A DNA stretch of 64,000 nt, from NCBI GenBank assembly GCA_963733535.1, contig CAVTDR010000006.1, positions 1,798,775 through 1,862,774 of the forward strand. The letters are read 5' to 3'. Positions 16,801 through 25,957 of this stretch are shown here, one piece after another (within the stretch, counting starts at the first letter, position 1; each line of letters begins with the position of its first letter). The translations under genes were made by a program, and so were the position numbers. A model generated the notes under the pieces. That model saw only the letters and a program-made list of their open reading frames with translations. It was not told where the DNA came from and searched no databases. The DNA comes from an uncultured Bacteroidota bacterium (GTDB lineage Bacteria; Bacteroidota; Bacteroidia; Bacteroidales; UBA10428).

Positions 16801-16910
16801 TTGAGGCAAATGATATAACCTTACTATTTCAGAAAAATGATAAAGGCGAATTCAATAGTCTTATTGTAAATCAAAATGGGAAAGAAATACCGGCTAAGAA
16901 AACAGAGTAG
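13878..16910 (+). CDS. secreted alpha/beta-hydrolase, prolyl-oligopeptidase (S9)-like
   Basis: The preferred start is ATG 13878 (MKKKLLHTNLFLIGLLLLIFIPVIAQ signal peptide); the longer ORF from 13776 begins inside repeat DNA. Motifs are the nucleophile elbow GESMGGGG, then HGDIDESV and GFGHEG, a Ser-Asp-His order typical of S9/esterase folds. Confidence 0.7.
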   Translation: MKKKLLHTNLFLIGLLLLIFIPVIAQTSLSDETRLPWATSQKEFFRDWLIIGGFPNPDGNGFDTDYFQAGGGEANISAKEGMTQKLPDGMTFEWKKYESPYNYINFYNILKDVAYSTKVAYAFRKVQRATDGKVILSFGNNVGNKIWVNGKLIYSNKTDNTAGENSQVEVDMVKGENSIILKSVDGGWTWGFWMRLIEPGKLSLAQDFQLTPSIKKTVEKNKLIVKTDRTLNPEIQKIDVTVKVRAAGGVIVAEKTAKRCEEVAFNTEDWNEGVYDMCMSSINNKGEIVTAYLYWYKGDAIQAAKELVASVSQNPLTPKEIVHVMLSELIFDRVGSDLSKIDSSRIGQLYSPLMEYEELINNSNVRENGFVRLAYRDGVDNTPQFCRAYLPGNYDPDKKWPIVINLHGYYGANPVYVKWWSIDLRHMDLVDKFPVIDLEPHGRGNTSYTGIGEKDILKCIEMAKEKFNIDEDRIYLKGESMGGGGTWYVGTRHTDIFAAIAPVYGGWDYHSNMDKEQFSKLSEREIFDLEKSSSFAQADALLTTPVFVTHGDIDESVDVKYSRYAINLLQRWGYDIRYHEYPGFGHEGIPYTDEVISWFLQHKKNAAPEKVRVRSAALNSAHSNWVKILQRENPYAFIEAEAEVLINNTIRLATENALAVELTPPAELINPNKKVTVVWNVEDIREVEIKDGKITLFDKNYKPAVLIKNPEIEGPISHLATTPFAVIIGTSSKDSLMNKLCRMKANEFVSYWKNWQKYEPRVFLDTELNESDMKKYSLILYGDTKANLITKKLGNKIPLEISSNKIVLAGRTFEAEDACVQMVYPHPFNNERYVAVIGATSGAGMFFCDNRNAAYDFSIQDGSIGNSRLGFPAEKLIIARGIFNYDWKINDKFLDTGDAEMIKNCPRKIVNPDLTTSIVNLPVVSEKVLKSLSGKYEIQPGTAVTVYVEGSNLMGKSPDGQTFQLYPISETEYFIEANDITLLFQKNDKGEFNSLIVNQNGKEIPAKKTE

Positions 16911-16972
16911 CCGGGACATACTTTTATAGCCTTTGATTCCTAGATTATTTATAACGAATCGGGGTCGGACCA

Positions 16973-17288
16973 GGCTATTATATAGAATACAATTGTTTTT
17001 GATAAAACTCCTTAATTTGTTGTATAGGGATGTAGACAGCGTTGTTTGAAAGTGACATCTCCCGATAACTTTTATTTGGATCATTGTATTTCTTCGACGA
17101 CTCCAGTATCCGATAGTAAGACAGGTAGTTTGTCATGTATTTGTCGGAAACCCCATGAAATGTTCTGATCCATTCCTTCAATTTACTATGTGTATTATTT
17201 ACGTGCTGTAAATGGTAAACTTTGGGCTTGGTCCACTTCACATCGTATCCTGGGATTCTGAAGTGTGTTAGGTTTTTCTTCTTAGCTA
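16973..17288 (-). pseudogene. truncated IS1595 copy (~316 bp of the end carrying the transposase C-terminus)
   Basis: Begins GGCTATTATATAG directly after ..ggggtcggacca, and homology ends at ..cttagcta. The ORF 16978..17418 carries the last ~105 aa of the transposase fused to unrelated sequence. Confidence 0.85.
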
Positions 17289-17516
17289 TTGTCCAAGGAA
17301 GCAATATACAATGAATTGTTTTTACTAAGTCCGAACTTAGAAAGTTCGGACAACACTCTCTTAATTTTGTGAACTCACCTTTATCTCTAAACAAAAAAGT
17401 ATATTTTATATATGCCATAAAAGTTACTAGGTAAATTGTTATGGCAGGGAGTTTATATCATCTTTCTAAAAACAAAATGATATTCTAATAGATGTTTAAA
17501 ACTAAATTTAAATTTT

Positions 17517-18527
17517 ATGCTTAAATATTTAATGGTATTGTTTATTTTATTTAAGTCAGCACTTTCATTCTCCCAAAATTGCATTGATTATTCAGGCTAT
17601 ATTCCTGAAATAAATAATGCAGAAAAAATTGTGAGAATCTGCTTGCATGTAATTCAGAAGGATGATGGTTCAGGAAACTTCCAAGTGACAGATGCGTCAA
17701 CCTTAAGAAGACTTTTTGAATCACAGGACAATCATAGATACATTGAAGTATGTCCGCCATCCGACCCTGTCGCTGGTATTAATGATATTACTTTCACTAA
17801 AATTAGATTTTTATTAACAAATATTCAGTTTCATCAAAATTCAGAATATTGGGATTTTGCTAATAATCATAGTGCATGTGAATATAATAGTCTGTTTAGT
17901 ACCAACTATGATAGCGTGATCAATGTATATTTATTACAGAACACTCAATCAATATATTATGGTGGTTGGTCGTTTTTTCCAAGCTTTTCGGAATGCGAAA
18001 TGGCGATAAGATTATATAATATGTTTCCATCTGCTATAATGAATGGGACTCTTGCTCACGAATTGGGGCATAGCCTAAATTTATACCATTTAGATGATGG
18101 CTGGTGTTCAAGTTGTGGAGATCAATTAAGTGACACACCATGTCCTGATATTGGGAATTGGTGTGATCCCTTGATTTCGGCTACAGATAATTGTTCGAAT
18201 AATATTATGAGTTCATGTGAAATTTCTCAAAGATGTTATTTTTCTCCTCAACAAATCGGGCGAATGCATTATGCATTGGAAAATACTGCTATTTCAAAAT
18301 TTATGTGTTCTAGAGAGTTAATACAAAACATTAATATAACATCAAATAGTTCATATGCTAGTGATTATATTTTTGTAGGATCAAATGTTAGTAAAAATCA
18401 AACAGACGGACCTATTGTAATAACCAATAATTCTAACATAATACTAAATGCAAATTATGAAATTATAATATATGATGGATTTGAAATTCAACCAGGTAGT
18501 GAGATAATTTTTAATATAACTAACTAA
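17517..18527 (+). CDS. secreted zinc metalloprotease, M43 (pappalysin/cytophagalysin)-like
   Basis: Signal peptide, then HELGHSLNLYHLDD (HExxHxxxxxH metzincin-type site). The Cys-rich region after the site is as in M43. Confidence 0.6.
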   Translation: MLKYLMVLFILFKSALSFSQNCIDYSGYIPEINNAEKIVRICLHVIQKDDGSGNFQVTDASTLRRLFESQDNHRYIEVCPPSDPVAGINDITFTKIRFLLTNIQFHQNSEYWDFANNHSACEYNSLFSTNYDSVINVYLLQNTQSIYYGGWSFFPSFSECEMAIRLYNMFPSAIMNGTLAHELGHSLNLYHLDDGWCSSCGDQLSDTPCPDIGNWCDPLISATDNCSNNIMSSCEISQRCYFSPQQIGRMHYALENTAISKFMCSRELIQNINITSNSSYASDYIFVGSNVSKNQTDGPIVITNNSNIILNANYEIIIYDGFEIQPGSEIIFNITN

Positions 18528-18543
18528 TTTTAAAACTGAAGTC

Positions 18544-19701
18544 ATGAAAAAATTATATCTTATATTTCTATCAATTGTTACATTATCGAATACAAGCTTC
18601 TCTCAAATTAAAGTTAACAGTTTAGGTAACCTTATCATCTCGTCTGGGAAAGGAATTCATTTTGGCGATGCCGGTGATTGGGTGATTGAACATTGGGAAG
18701 GTGGATTCAATATTGCTAAGCAGTGGCCAACTTTAAATGATGGTAATTATAAACTTTTCATAAATGATAATGATGGTAATGTAGGTCTTGGATATAGACC
18801 AGATGCGCAATATAAACTCGACGTTAACGGTGCAGCTAGATTTGATGTAGGTAATTATAACTTCATAATTGATAACACAATGGGTGTGCCAACCATAAGG
18901 AGTAGTACTACAGGTGCAGGCTATTTAGGAACAAGTAGTTATGTTTGGTATAAAACTTACACTAACTATATTTATAGAACTGCAGAATATACCCTGTCTG
19001 ATAATAGAGTAAAAGACAATATACATGATTTAACCAATCCTTTTGAATTATTAAATAAGGTTAAAGGAGTGAAATTTGATTATACTGAAAAGGCGTTTGG
19101 GAAAGTTCCAGACCAAGAATTAAAGATATTATTAAATAAAGGCAAAAGCAATTTTGGCTTCATAGCCCAAGATATCAAAGAGGTATTGCCGCAATTAGTA
19201 GATCATGATGACAGTACGGATTTATATTATATTAATTATGAAGGTATGTTACCCTTAATAGTTGAAGCTGTAAAAGAGCTTAAATTAGATTTAAGTCAAA
19301 AAGAAGGTATAATTTTAGATTTATCAAAAAGAATATCAGAACTTGAAAAACTTGTTTTATCTGGAAAAGTAACTGAAAATAATTCTGATATAAAATCTAC
19401 TTCAAGTTCGCTATCTCAAAATCCAAATGGTTCGATTGAACAGGCAATTTTAGAACAAAATATGCCAAATCCATTTACGGAAGAAACACAGATAAATTAT
19501 TATCTTCCGGAACAAATGAATTCAGCTGTTTTATACATTTATGATATGCAAGGAAGCCAAATTAAAAGTATCGGAATTTTTAAAAAGGGCAATGGCAGCA
19601 TTACAATTAATGGTAACGAATTGAAACCTGGTATGTATTTGTATTCTCTTCTAATTGATGGTAAAGAAATTGATACAAAGAAGATGATCTTGACAGATTA
19701 A
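18544..19701 (+). CDS. tail-fiber/peptidase S74 intramolecular-chaperone domain protein with T9SS C-terminal sorting domain
   Basis: SDNRVKDNIHDL..VKGVKFDY..FGFIAQDIKEVLPQLV..INYEGMLPLIVEAVKEL matches the S74 chaperone domain. The C-terminal part, NMPNPFTEETQINYYLP...YIYDMQGSQI..GMYLYSLLIDGKEIDTKKMILTD, is a T9SS CTD. Confidence 0.7.
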   Translation: MKKLYLIFLSIVTLSNTSFSQIKVNSLGNLIISSGKGIHFGDAGDWVIEHWEGGFNIAKQWPTLNDGNYKLFINDNDGNVGLGYRPDAQYKLDVNGAARFDVGNYNFIIDNTMGVPTIRSSTTGAGYLGTSSYVWYKTYTNYIYRTAEYTLSDNRVKDNIHDLTNPFELLNKVKGVKFDYTEKAFGKVPDQELKILLNKGKSNFGFIAQDIKEVLPQLVDHDDSTDLYYINYEGMLPLIVEAVKELKLDLSQKEGIILDLSKRISELEKLVLSGKVTENNSDIKSTSSSLSQNPNGSIEQAILEQNMPNPFTEETQINYYLPEQMNSAVLYIYDMQGSQIKSIGIFKKGNGSITINGNELKPGMYLYSLLIDGKEIDTKKMILTD

Positions 19702-19714
19702 TTTATCTCCAGTT

Positions 19715-19765
19715 ATCCTGCAATTTACTCGAGTTAAATAAATAGTAAATTGCAGGATATTTTCC
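19715..19765 (+). terminator. intrinsic terminator after 18544..19701
   Basis: Perfect 15-bp stem: atcctgcaatttact (19715-19729) pairs with agtaaattgcaggat (19744-19758). It is followed by atttt. Confidence 0.6.
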
Positions 19766-20820
19766 TTAGACTAATTTATTTTGATATTATTCTTGTGAAA
19801 GCTATATTTTATAATGCCTCTAGGTATTTAGATATCATACCTTTAAAGTTACTTATTAATGTATCACGGCAGAAAGTAATATTCCCTTTTTATCATTTAG
19901 TTTCGGATGCGGAAATCATTCATATTAAGCATCTTTATAATGTTAGGAAAATAAAGGAGTTTGAAAGAGATTTGGATTTTTTTTTGCGTGAATATAACCC
20001 TTTAGATGTTTGCGAATTAATGAGCAGCATGAAAATGGGCCACAAAATGAAAAAAAAAGGATTCTTATTATCATTTGATGATGGTTTAAGAGAATTTAAC
20101 GATATTATAGCTCCTATCTTACTTAAGAAAGGAATCCCGGCAATTTGTTTTCTAAATTCGGCTTTTATTGATAATAATGATCTGTTTTATAGATATAAGA
20201 TAAGTATTTTGATTGAAAGATTAAGTAAACAACAACTCTCTGATAGCTTAAAGAAATATATTAAGGCTTGGGTTATTGAGAAAAATATGCCATTTGATGA
20301 AAGCGGAAAATTTCTATTATCTATTAATTACTTAAATAGGCATTATTTAGATGAACTTGCAAATATACTGGATTTCGATTTTCAGATATACCTTAAAAAA
20401 TATCTGCCTTATTTGACTAGCGACCAGGTATCATCTTTGTTGAAACAAGGATTCTCTTTTGGAGCCCATAGTGTTGATCATCCTCAGTATTCAGATTTAA
20501 GTATAAACCAACAATTGCATCAAACAACACAAAGTATAAATGAAATAGCAAATAAATTCAATTTGGAATATAAACTTTTTTCTTTTCCATTTACAGATTA
20601 TCATATTTCAAATCAATTCTTTAACACTATTTTCAGTAAAAATCAAAATCTTGCCGATTTGACATTTGGTAGTGCGGGTTTAAAGAAAGATGAATGTAAA
20701 AGAAATATTCAGCGAATACCAATAGAAATTGGAAGTTTTTCAGCAAAAGAGATAATTTATGGCGAGTATATTTATTTTTTGTTCAAATCATTATTATACA
20801 AAAATGTGATAAAAAGATAA
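19750..20820 (+). CDS. polysaccharide deacetylase (NodB-like) family protein; start uncertain
   Basis: LLSFDDGLREFNDIIAPILLKKGIPAICFL and GAHSVDHP are NodB-type motifs. The listed TTG start lies inside the upstream terminator hairpin, so GTG at 19795 is an alternative. Confidence 0.6.
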   Translation: MQDIFLRLIYFDIILVKAIFYNASRYLDIIPLKLLINVSRQKVIFPFYHLVSDAEIIHIKHLYNVRKIKEFERDLDFFLREYNPLDVCELMSSMKMGHKMKKKGFLLSFDDGLREFNDIIAPILLKKGIPAICFLNSAFIDNNDLFYRYKISILIERLSKQQLSDSLKKYIKAWVIEKNMPFDESGKFLLSINYLNRHYLDELANILDFDFQIYLKKYLPYLTSDQVSSLLKQGFSFGAHSVDHPQYSDLSINQQLHQTTQSINEIANKFNLEYKLFSFPFTDYHISNQFFNTIFSKNQNLADLTFGSAGLKKDECKRNIQRIPIEIGSFSAKEIIYGEYIYFLFKSLLYKNVIKR

Positions 20821-20824
20821 TGCG

Positions 20825-21919
20825 ATGGAAACCAGAACTCTTACAAAAAAAGATTTACATAATTTTATTTTTTCTAAAGAGTTTTACCAAATTACAAATA
20901 TACCTATTAGCAAACATAGGGCCATTTCTCAAATCAATAATCCAAGAGCATCGGATGATGATATAGTTTTGGTAATTCAGTTTGATGAAAACAAAGTAGT
21001 TGGATATTTAGGAGTATTACCTGACCATTTTTATGATGGAAAAGAGTTTCAAAAAGCCGGCTGGTTATCCTGTTTTTGGGTTGACGAAAATTATAAATCC
21101 AAAAATGTTGCTGCAAATCTTTTTCGAAGGGTAATAAAAGCCTGGCAGCAAAAGATATTAATTACTAATATGGTACCCTGGCTTGAACCAATTTACCAAA
21201 AGACAGGAATATTTCAAACAACCCAATACAAAATTGGATTAAGAGGTTATATGCGGTTTAATCTTGCGGATATACTTCCTCCAAAATATGAAATATTTAA
21301 AAAACTAACTTTTATATTACGAATATCCGATCGTGTTTTAAACGCTCTTGGTGATATTCGTTTCTTGTTTTATAGAGCTTATAAGAATACTGAAATAAAA
21401 TATGAACATTTGAATCATCTTGATAAAACAATAGAAGATTTTATTAATAGTCATAATAAAAAGAATTGGAATCTAAGGGGAAAACGTGAGATTGAATGGA
21501 TTATGAAATATCCCTGGATTTTAGAGGGGGTCAAAAATGATTTTAACACTTCCAGGTATTATTTCTCTTCATTTAGCAAAAGATTTTTTTATCAACTCAT
21601 AAAATATTCCGATCATAAAGAAAATATAGTTGGGTTAATGTTAGTCTGTGTTAGGGATAATAACTTAACTGTGCCCTACATTTATACCGATTACAAATAT
21701 CTGGAGATTATTAGTAAATCGTTAATTAATATTATGGTTTACCTTAAAATTAATATGATAACGATTTTTAATGAAGATCTTTCTCAATCGATAAAAAATC
21801 TTAAAGCACCATTCCTTTTCAAAAAAGAGGTGAAGAGACCTTATTTGATATCTAAAAACCTAAATTATATAACTGAATTGAATTTTCAGGATGGAGACGG
21901 CGATTGCGCATTTTATTGA
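20825..21919 (+). CDS. GNAT-like acetyltransferase domain protein (hypothetical)
   Basis: VVGYLGVLPD...AGWLSCFWVDENYKSKNVAANLFRRVI resembles a GNAT core. The C-terminal half is unassigned. Confidence 0.4.
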   Translation: METRTLTKKDLHNFIFSKEFYQITNIPISKHRAISQINNPRASDDDIVLVIQFDENKVVGYLGVLPDHFYDGKEFQKAGWLSCFWVDENYKSKNVAANLFRRVIKAWQQKILITNMVPWLEPIYQKTGIFQTTQYKIGLRGYMRFNLADILPPKYEIFKKLTFILRISDRVLNALGDIRFLFYRAYKNTEIKYEHLNHLDKTIEDFINSHNKKNWNLRGKREIEWIMKYPWILEGVKNDFNTSRYYFSSFSKRFFYQLIKYSDHKENIVGLMLVCVRDNNLTVPYIYTDYKYLEIISKSLINIMVYLKINMITIFNEDLSQSIKNLKAPFLFKKEVKRPYLISKNLNYITELNFQDGDGDCAFY

Positions 21920-22015
21920 TTAATAATTAAGACCTTAATTTGTTGTTTACATACAACAGATTTTTAAAATGTATAACCTAAAGGTTGACCTTAGAGGGCA
22001 CTTTTTGGGGGTGTG

Positions 22016-22082
22016 CTTCGACAAGCTCAGCAACCGTACTTCGACAAGCTCAGTAACCGTACTTCGACAGGCTCAGTAACCG
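22016..22082 (+). repeat. 23-bp tandem repeat array (3 units)
   Basis: Same unit as the arrays at 6097 and 8016. It is preceded by a partial Module A (21986-22011). Confidence 0.9.
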
Positions 22083-22861
22083 GCGGTCGGTAAACGGTAA
22101 TCGGTGTTGAGAACAGATGCTGGTTAATGGTTTCTGGATGCTTGATGTGTGGGTGGGGTGGAACAGGGGTGTGGGAAATCAACAATCCAATCAATAAATA
22201 AATTAACCAAATAATCTAAGTTCATTCGAACTGGTACAACTTCAATCAAAACACCGTGGGTTGGCCGGGACAAAACCCTGCCTGCCACCGCACGGCCTAA
22301 GCCAGGCAGGCAGGGCGATGGCGACGAGGCGGTGAATGGCGGAAGGTTTGGAATTTCTTATAAAGGGCCTTGGCTTTAGCATAAACGGATTAGAAAAGAC
22401 AATGAATTAATCTAATAACATGAATTTAAAAACCTGTATATCGAACAAGGCCGTTTAGGCGTCTACTTTGTTAGAAATTCCTGCCTTCTGGCAGAGCGCG
22501 GTGGGGATCGTTATGTCCCTGCCTGCCACCGCACAGCCCAAGCCGGGCAGGCAGGGTCATAGGGGGTGAAACCCCCTGTAAATTCCGGCTCTCCCTTCTC
22601 TTCCTCCCTTCATGGTTCGGGTTGGGCTATCTTGGGCTAAATTAACCTAAGCATTCAGGGTTTTGTCCCGGCCAACCCACGGTGCGTTTATTGGGGTATG
22701 TTGTTATTTGGATGTTGCTGCAATAACTCCAGATGAACAAGAAAATATGAAGCAGTCAAATGTTATTTTGAACCCTGTGTTTTTGCAATTGCTGAGTAAT
22801 TTATCCCAAATAGTTCAAAAAAAGTATTTATGTTGCCTTTTGCAAATGGTATCTTTGCTTT

Positions 22862-23746
22862 ATGTATTACAGAAGAAAGATATTATTGGCCCTGTTGGAC
22901 CAGTTTGGCGGAAAGCTTGACAAAATTAGCCTTCAAAAATTGCTGTTTCTTTTTGTAAGACAGCAAGAAAATAAGTCGTTTCATTTTGTCCCCTATAAAT
23001 TCGGATGTTATTCGTTTCAGGCAAATGCAGATTTAAAAACACTTGCAAAATATGAACAAACCATTGATACCGAAAAGCATTGGGAGAAAATAGATAAGAA
23101 GGACTACTTTCTTGATTTAAAATCAAAAGATAAAGTAGCATTAAGGTTTATAAAATCACAATATGAAAAACTGAACTGTGATGAGTTAATTGAGCTCACT
23201 TATAAAAAATATCCCTTTTTTGCGATTAATAGTACGATCGCGGCCAATTTCTTAACTGAAGATGAATTAAGACAGATTGAAAGTCATAGACCTGTTAAAA
23301 AGGAAACTGTCCTGTTTACTATCGGATATGAAGGGGTGTCGTTGGAACAATATATTAATAAGCTGATTATTAATGATGTCAAAGTTCTCTGTGATGTAAG
23401 AAAGAATCCGGTTAGTATGAAATTTGGATTTAGTAAGAATCAGCTTATTAAAGCCTGTGAGGGAGTGGGTATTGAATACATACATTTTCCTGAAGTTGGT
23501 ATTGATAATGATAAGAGACAAGAATTAAATAATCAATCTGATTATGACAGGCTCTTTGTTTTTTACAGGGATACTATCCTGCCAAAGGAAACAAACAAAC
23601 AATTGGAATTACTGGAATTAATAGGTAGTAAAAAACGGATTGCTCTCACTTGTTTTGAAGCCAATATATGTCAGTGTCATAGAAAGTATTTGGCAGAAGC
23701 ACTGGAATCGTTAGGTGAATCTCATTTTGAAATTATACATCTTTAA
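22862..23746 (+). CDS. DUF488 domain fusion protein (unassigned N-terminal ~150 aa + C-terminal DUF488)
   Basis: The C-terminal part, TIGYEGVSLEQYINKLIINDVKVLCDVRKNPVSMKFGFSKNQL..GIEYIHFPEVG...LTCFEANICQCHR, is DUF488-like. The N-terminal part (KISLQKLLFLF..FVPYKFGCYS) is reminiscent of SocA/Panacea-type domains. Both assignments are unverified. Confidence 0.55.
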   Translation: MYYRRKILLALLDQFGGKLDKISLQKLLFLFVRQQENKSFHFVPYKFGCYSFQANADLKTLAKYEQTIDTEKHWEKIDKKDYFLDLKSKDKVALRFIKSQYEKLNCDELIELTYKKYPFFAINSTIAANFLTEDELRQIESHRPVKKETVLFTIGYEGVSLEQYINKLIINDVKVLCDVRKNPVSMKFGFSKNQLIKACEGVGIEYIHFPEVGIDNDKRQELNNQSDYDRLFVFYRDTILPKETNKQLELLELIGSKKRIALTCFEANICQCHRKYLAEALESLGESHFEIIHL

Positions 23747-24564
23747 TGGTAAAAACCAAAGTGCTCATCACAGTAAAGACCTATCCTGCTATTTCAAAAA
23801 AATATGAAGAATTGGTATGTACAGCAGGATTTCTTGAAGATGGTACCTGGATTAGAATTTATCCGATTCAATTTCGAAAAAAGGCATATAGTCAGCAATA
23901 TTCAAAGTATGAATGGATAGAACTGGATTTGGTAAAAAATGAAATTGATTTTAGACCGGAAAGTTATAGACCGGTTTCTCATGATACGCTGATCGAAAAA
24001 GTGGGTGAAATTATACCAGATGGGAATACCTGGGAAGAAAGAAGAAAAATTGTACTAAAAAAGGTCTATACCAATCTCAGTAAGCTCATTGATGAGGCAA
24101 AAGACAAAGCTATCTGTACTTCACTGGCTGTTTTTAAACCTTCCGGGATATTAGACTTTGTGTATGAAAAAGAAAAGGTAAGGGAATGGTCAGCAGACAA
24201 ACTTTCTCAGTTTCAACAGTACAACTTATTTGAAACAGATAAAAATAATAACTTTAAAGTAGTAAAGAAGTTACCATACAAGTTTAGTTATATTTTCAGA
24301 TCAGAAGATGGTATAAAGAGAAAGATGATGATTGAAGATTGGGAAACCGGTCAATTATACTGGAATAGCTATAATAGACATGATGGTGATGAAACAAAAG
24401 CCTGTCAAGATGTTCGTAAAAAATACTTTGATGATTTTGCTAAAACCAAGGATTTATATTTCTTCCTGGGAACTACAAAACAACATCACTTCACAGGCAA
24501 AAATCCATTTGTAATAATTGGAACTTTTCATCCGAAGCCAATTTTGCAATATTCATTGTTTTAA
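23746..24564 (+). CDS. hypothetical protein (no family recognised)
   Basis: 272 aa. Its ATG overlaps the upstream stop (TAATG at 23744-23748). The composition looks coding. Confidence 0.55.
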   Translation: MVKTKVLITVKTYPAISKKYEELVCTAGFLEDGTWIRIYPIQFRKKAYSQQYSKYEWIELDLVKNEIDFRPESYRPVSHDTLIEKVGEIIPDGNTWEERRKIVLKKVYTNLSKLIDEAKDKAICTSLAVFKPSGILDFVYEKEKVREWSADKLSQFQQYNLFETDKNNNFKVVKKLPYKFSYIFRSEDGIKRKMMIEDWETGQLYWNSYNRHDGDETKACQDVRKKYFDDFAKTKDLYFFLGTTKQHHFTGKNPFVIIGTFHPKPILQYSLF

Positions 24565-24597
24565 AATGATCGCCACTTTAAACTGTTCCCGCCACTT

Positions 24598-25662
24598 ATG
24601 AAAACCCTGAAAAAAATACTCAAAGCTGTTCTGACAATTATCATCATACTGGTTATTGGCTTTATCGGTCTGATCCTCTATGCTATGATAACCGATTATA
24701 AACCTGCAGAAAAAGAGTTCATCGCGAAGCCCGACAATCCTTCCATACTTAACGATTCGCTTAGTCTGACTCTGTTAACATGGAACATTGGTTATGCGGG
24801 ACTGGATAAGGAAATGGATTTCTTCAGAGATGGAGGTACAAAAGTGATTACACCCAAACCTGATTTTCTGGAAAATGTTTCCGGAATCTCGGATTTTCTG
24901 GTCAGGAACGATACGATTGATTTCATCCTCATCCAGGAAATTGACAGGGACAGCAAAAGGAGCTATCGGACGGATGAGTATGATGATATATCAAAAAAAA
25001 TTCCGGAATATGGCTCTTTCTTTGCAATGAACTACAATGTTTTCTTTGTTCCTGCCCCTCCTGAAAATCCTATGGGAAAAGTTGTATCTGGAATAGCAAC
25101 CTTTTCGAAGTATATTCCCAATTCGTCTGTACGATATTCACTACCGGGAGATTTCGGATTTCCCACACAGCTTTTCTATCTCGACAGGTGTTTTATGGTT
25201 AACCGGTACACACTTTCCGGGAGTAAAGAATTGATCATAATAAACACGCATAATGAAGCATTTGACGAAGGCGATATTCGGAAAGCACAGTTGGAAACGA
25301 TCCGGAAATTTATCCTTGATGAGTACAAATCCGGAAATTTTGTAATTGCTGGAGGTGACTGGAACCAATATCCACCTGATTGTAAGCCTGCATTCCCTGA
25401 AAATCAGGTAAATACTTCTCTGATGGCTGTGGAGTCTGATTTTCTGTCACCAGAATGGAAATGGGTTTATGACACCACATCTCCGACAAACCGTTCGGTA
25501 GTGGCTGGCTACGACCCTGCGACTACAACTACCGATATTAGAGATTTTTTTCTTGTTTCACCTAATGTGGAATCTGTTTCTGTAAAATGCCATAATCTTC
25601 ATTTTGCTTACTCAGATCATAACCCTGTCATTGTAAGTTTAAAATTAATCGGTAATCGGTAA
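24598..25662 (+). CDS. endonuclease/exonuclease/phosphatase (EEP) family protein, N-terminal membrane anchor
   Basis: LLTWNIGYAGLD near the N-terminus, INTHNEAFD, GGDWN, and a C-terminal SDHNPV, all EEP signatures. The last 5 codons and the stop lie in a (taatcgg)n repeat. Confidence 0.75.
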   Translation: MKTLKKILKAVLTIIIILVIGFIGLILYAMITDYKPAEKEFIAKPDNPSILNDSLSLTLLTWNIGYAGLDKEMDFFRDGGTKVITPKPDFLENVSGISDFLVRNDTIDFILIQEIDRDSKRSYRTDEYDDISKKIPEYGSFFAMNYNVFFVPAPPENPMGKVVSGIATFSKYIPNSSVRYSLPGDFGFPTQLFYLDRCFMVNRYTLSGSKELIIINTHNEAFDEGDIRKAQLETIRKFILDEYKSGNFVIAGGDWNQYPPDCKPAFPENQVNTSLMAVESDFLSPEWKWVYDTTSPTNRSVVAGYDPATTTTDIRDFFLVSPNVESVSVKCHNLHFAYSDHNPVIVSLKLIGNR

Positions 25663-25687
25663 TCGGTAATCGGTAATCGGTAATCGG
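25646..25687 (+). repeat. 7-bp microsatellite (taatcgg) x6
   Basis: Direct reading. The same motif is scattered elsewhere, for example at 6309-6325, 54700-54770 and 63436-63460 (as cagtaat variants). Confidence 0.9.
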
Positions 25688-25957
25688 TTTAGCGGTCAGC
25701 TTTCAGCAGTCAGCGATCAGCAGGGAAAGGTAATCGGTGCTTCGACAAGCTCAGCAACCGAAGATCGACAAGCTCAGGAACCCGAACAGATACTGGATAC
25801 CTTTTTGCGTATCATGCAAAAAGAGCAAACTATGATCACCTTTACCGACAAATTTCTTCCATTTGCCGAATAAATACGGGTTGTTATTTGAGACAATATT
25901 ATTTTTAGAATCTAAATTCATTTTTAAATTTTAATTTATCGAGCAATTAGATATAAT

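Noticed and set aside
18544-19701. Prophage, suggested by the tail-fibre/S74 chaperone domain
   Set aside because: No capsid, terminase, portal, tail tube, integrase or lysis genes are nearby. The protein carries a T9SS sorting domain, so it is a chromosomal secreted protein.
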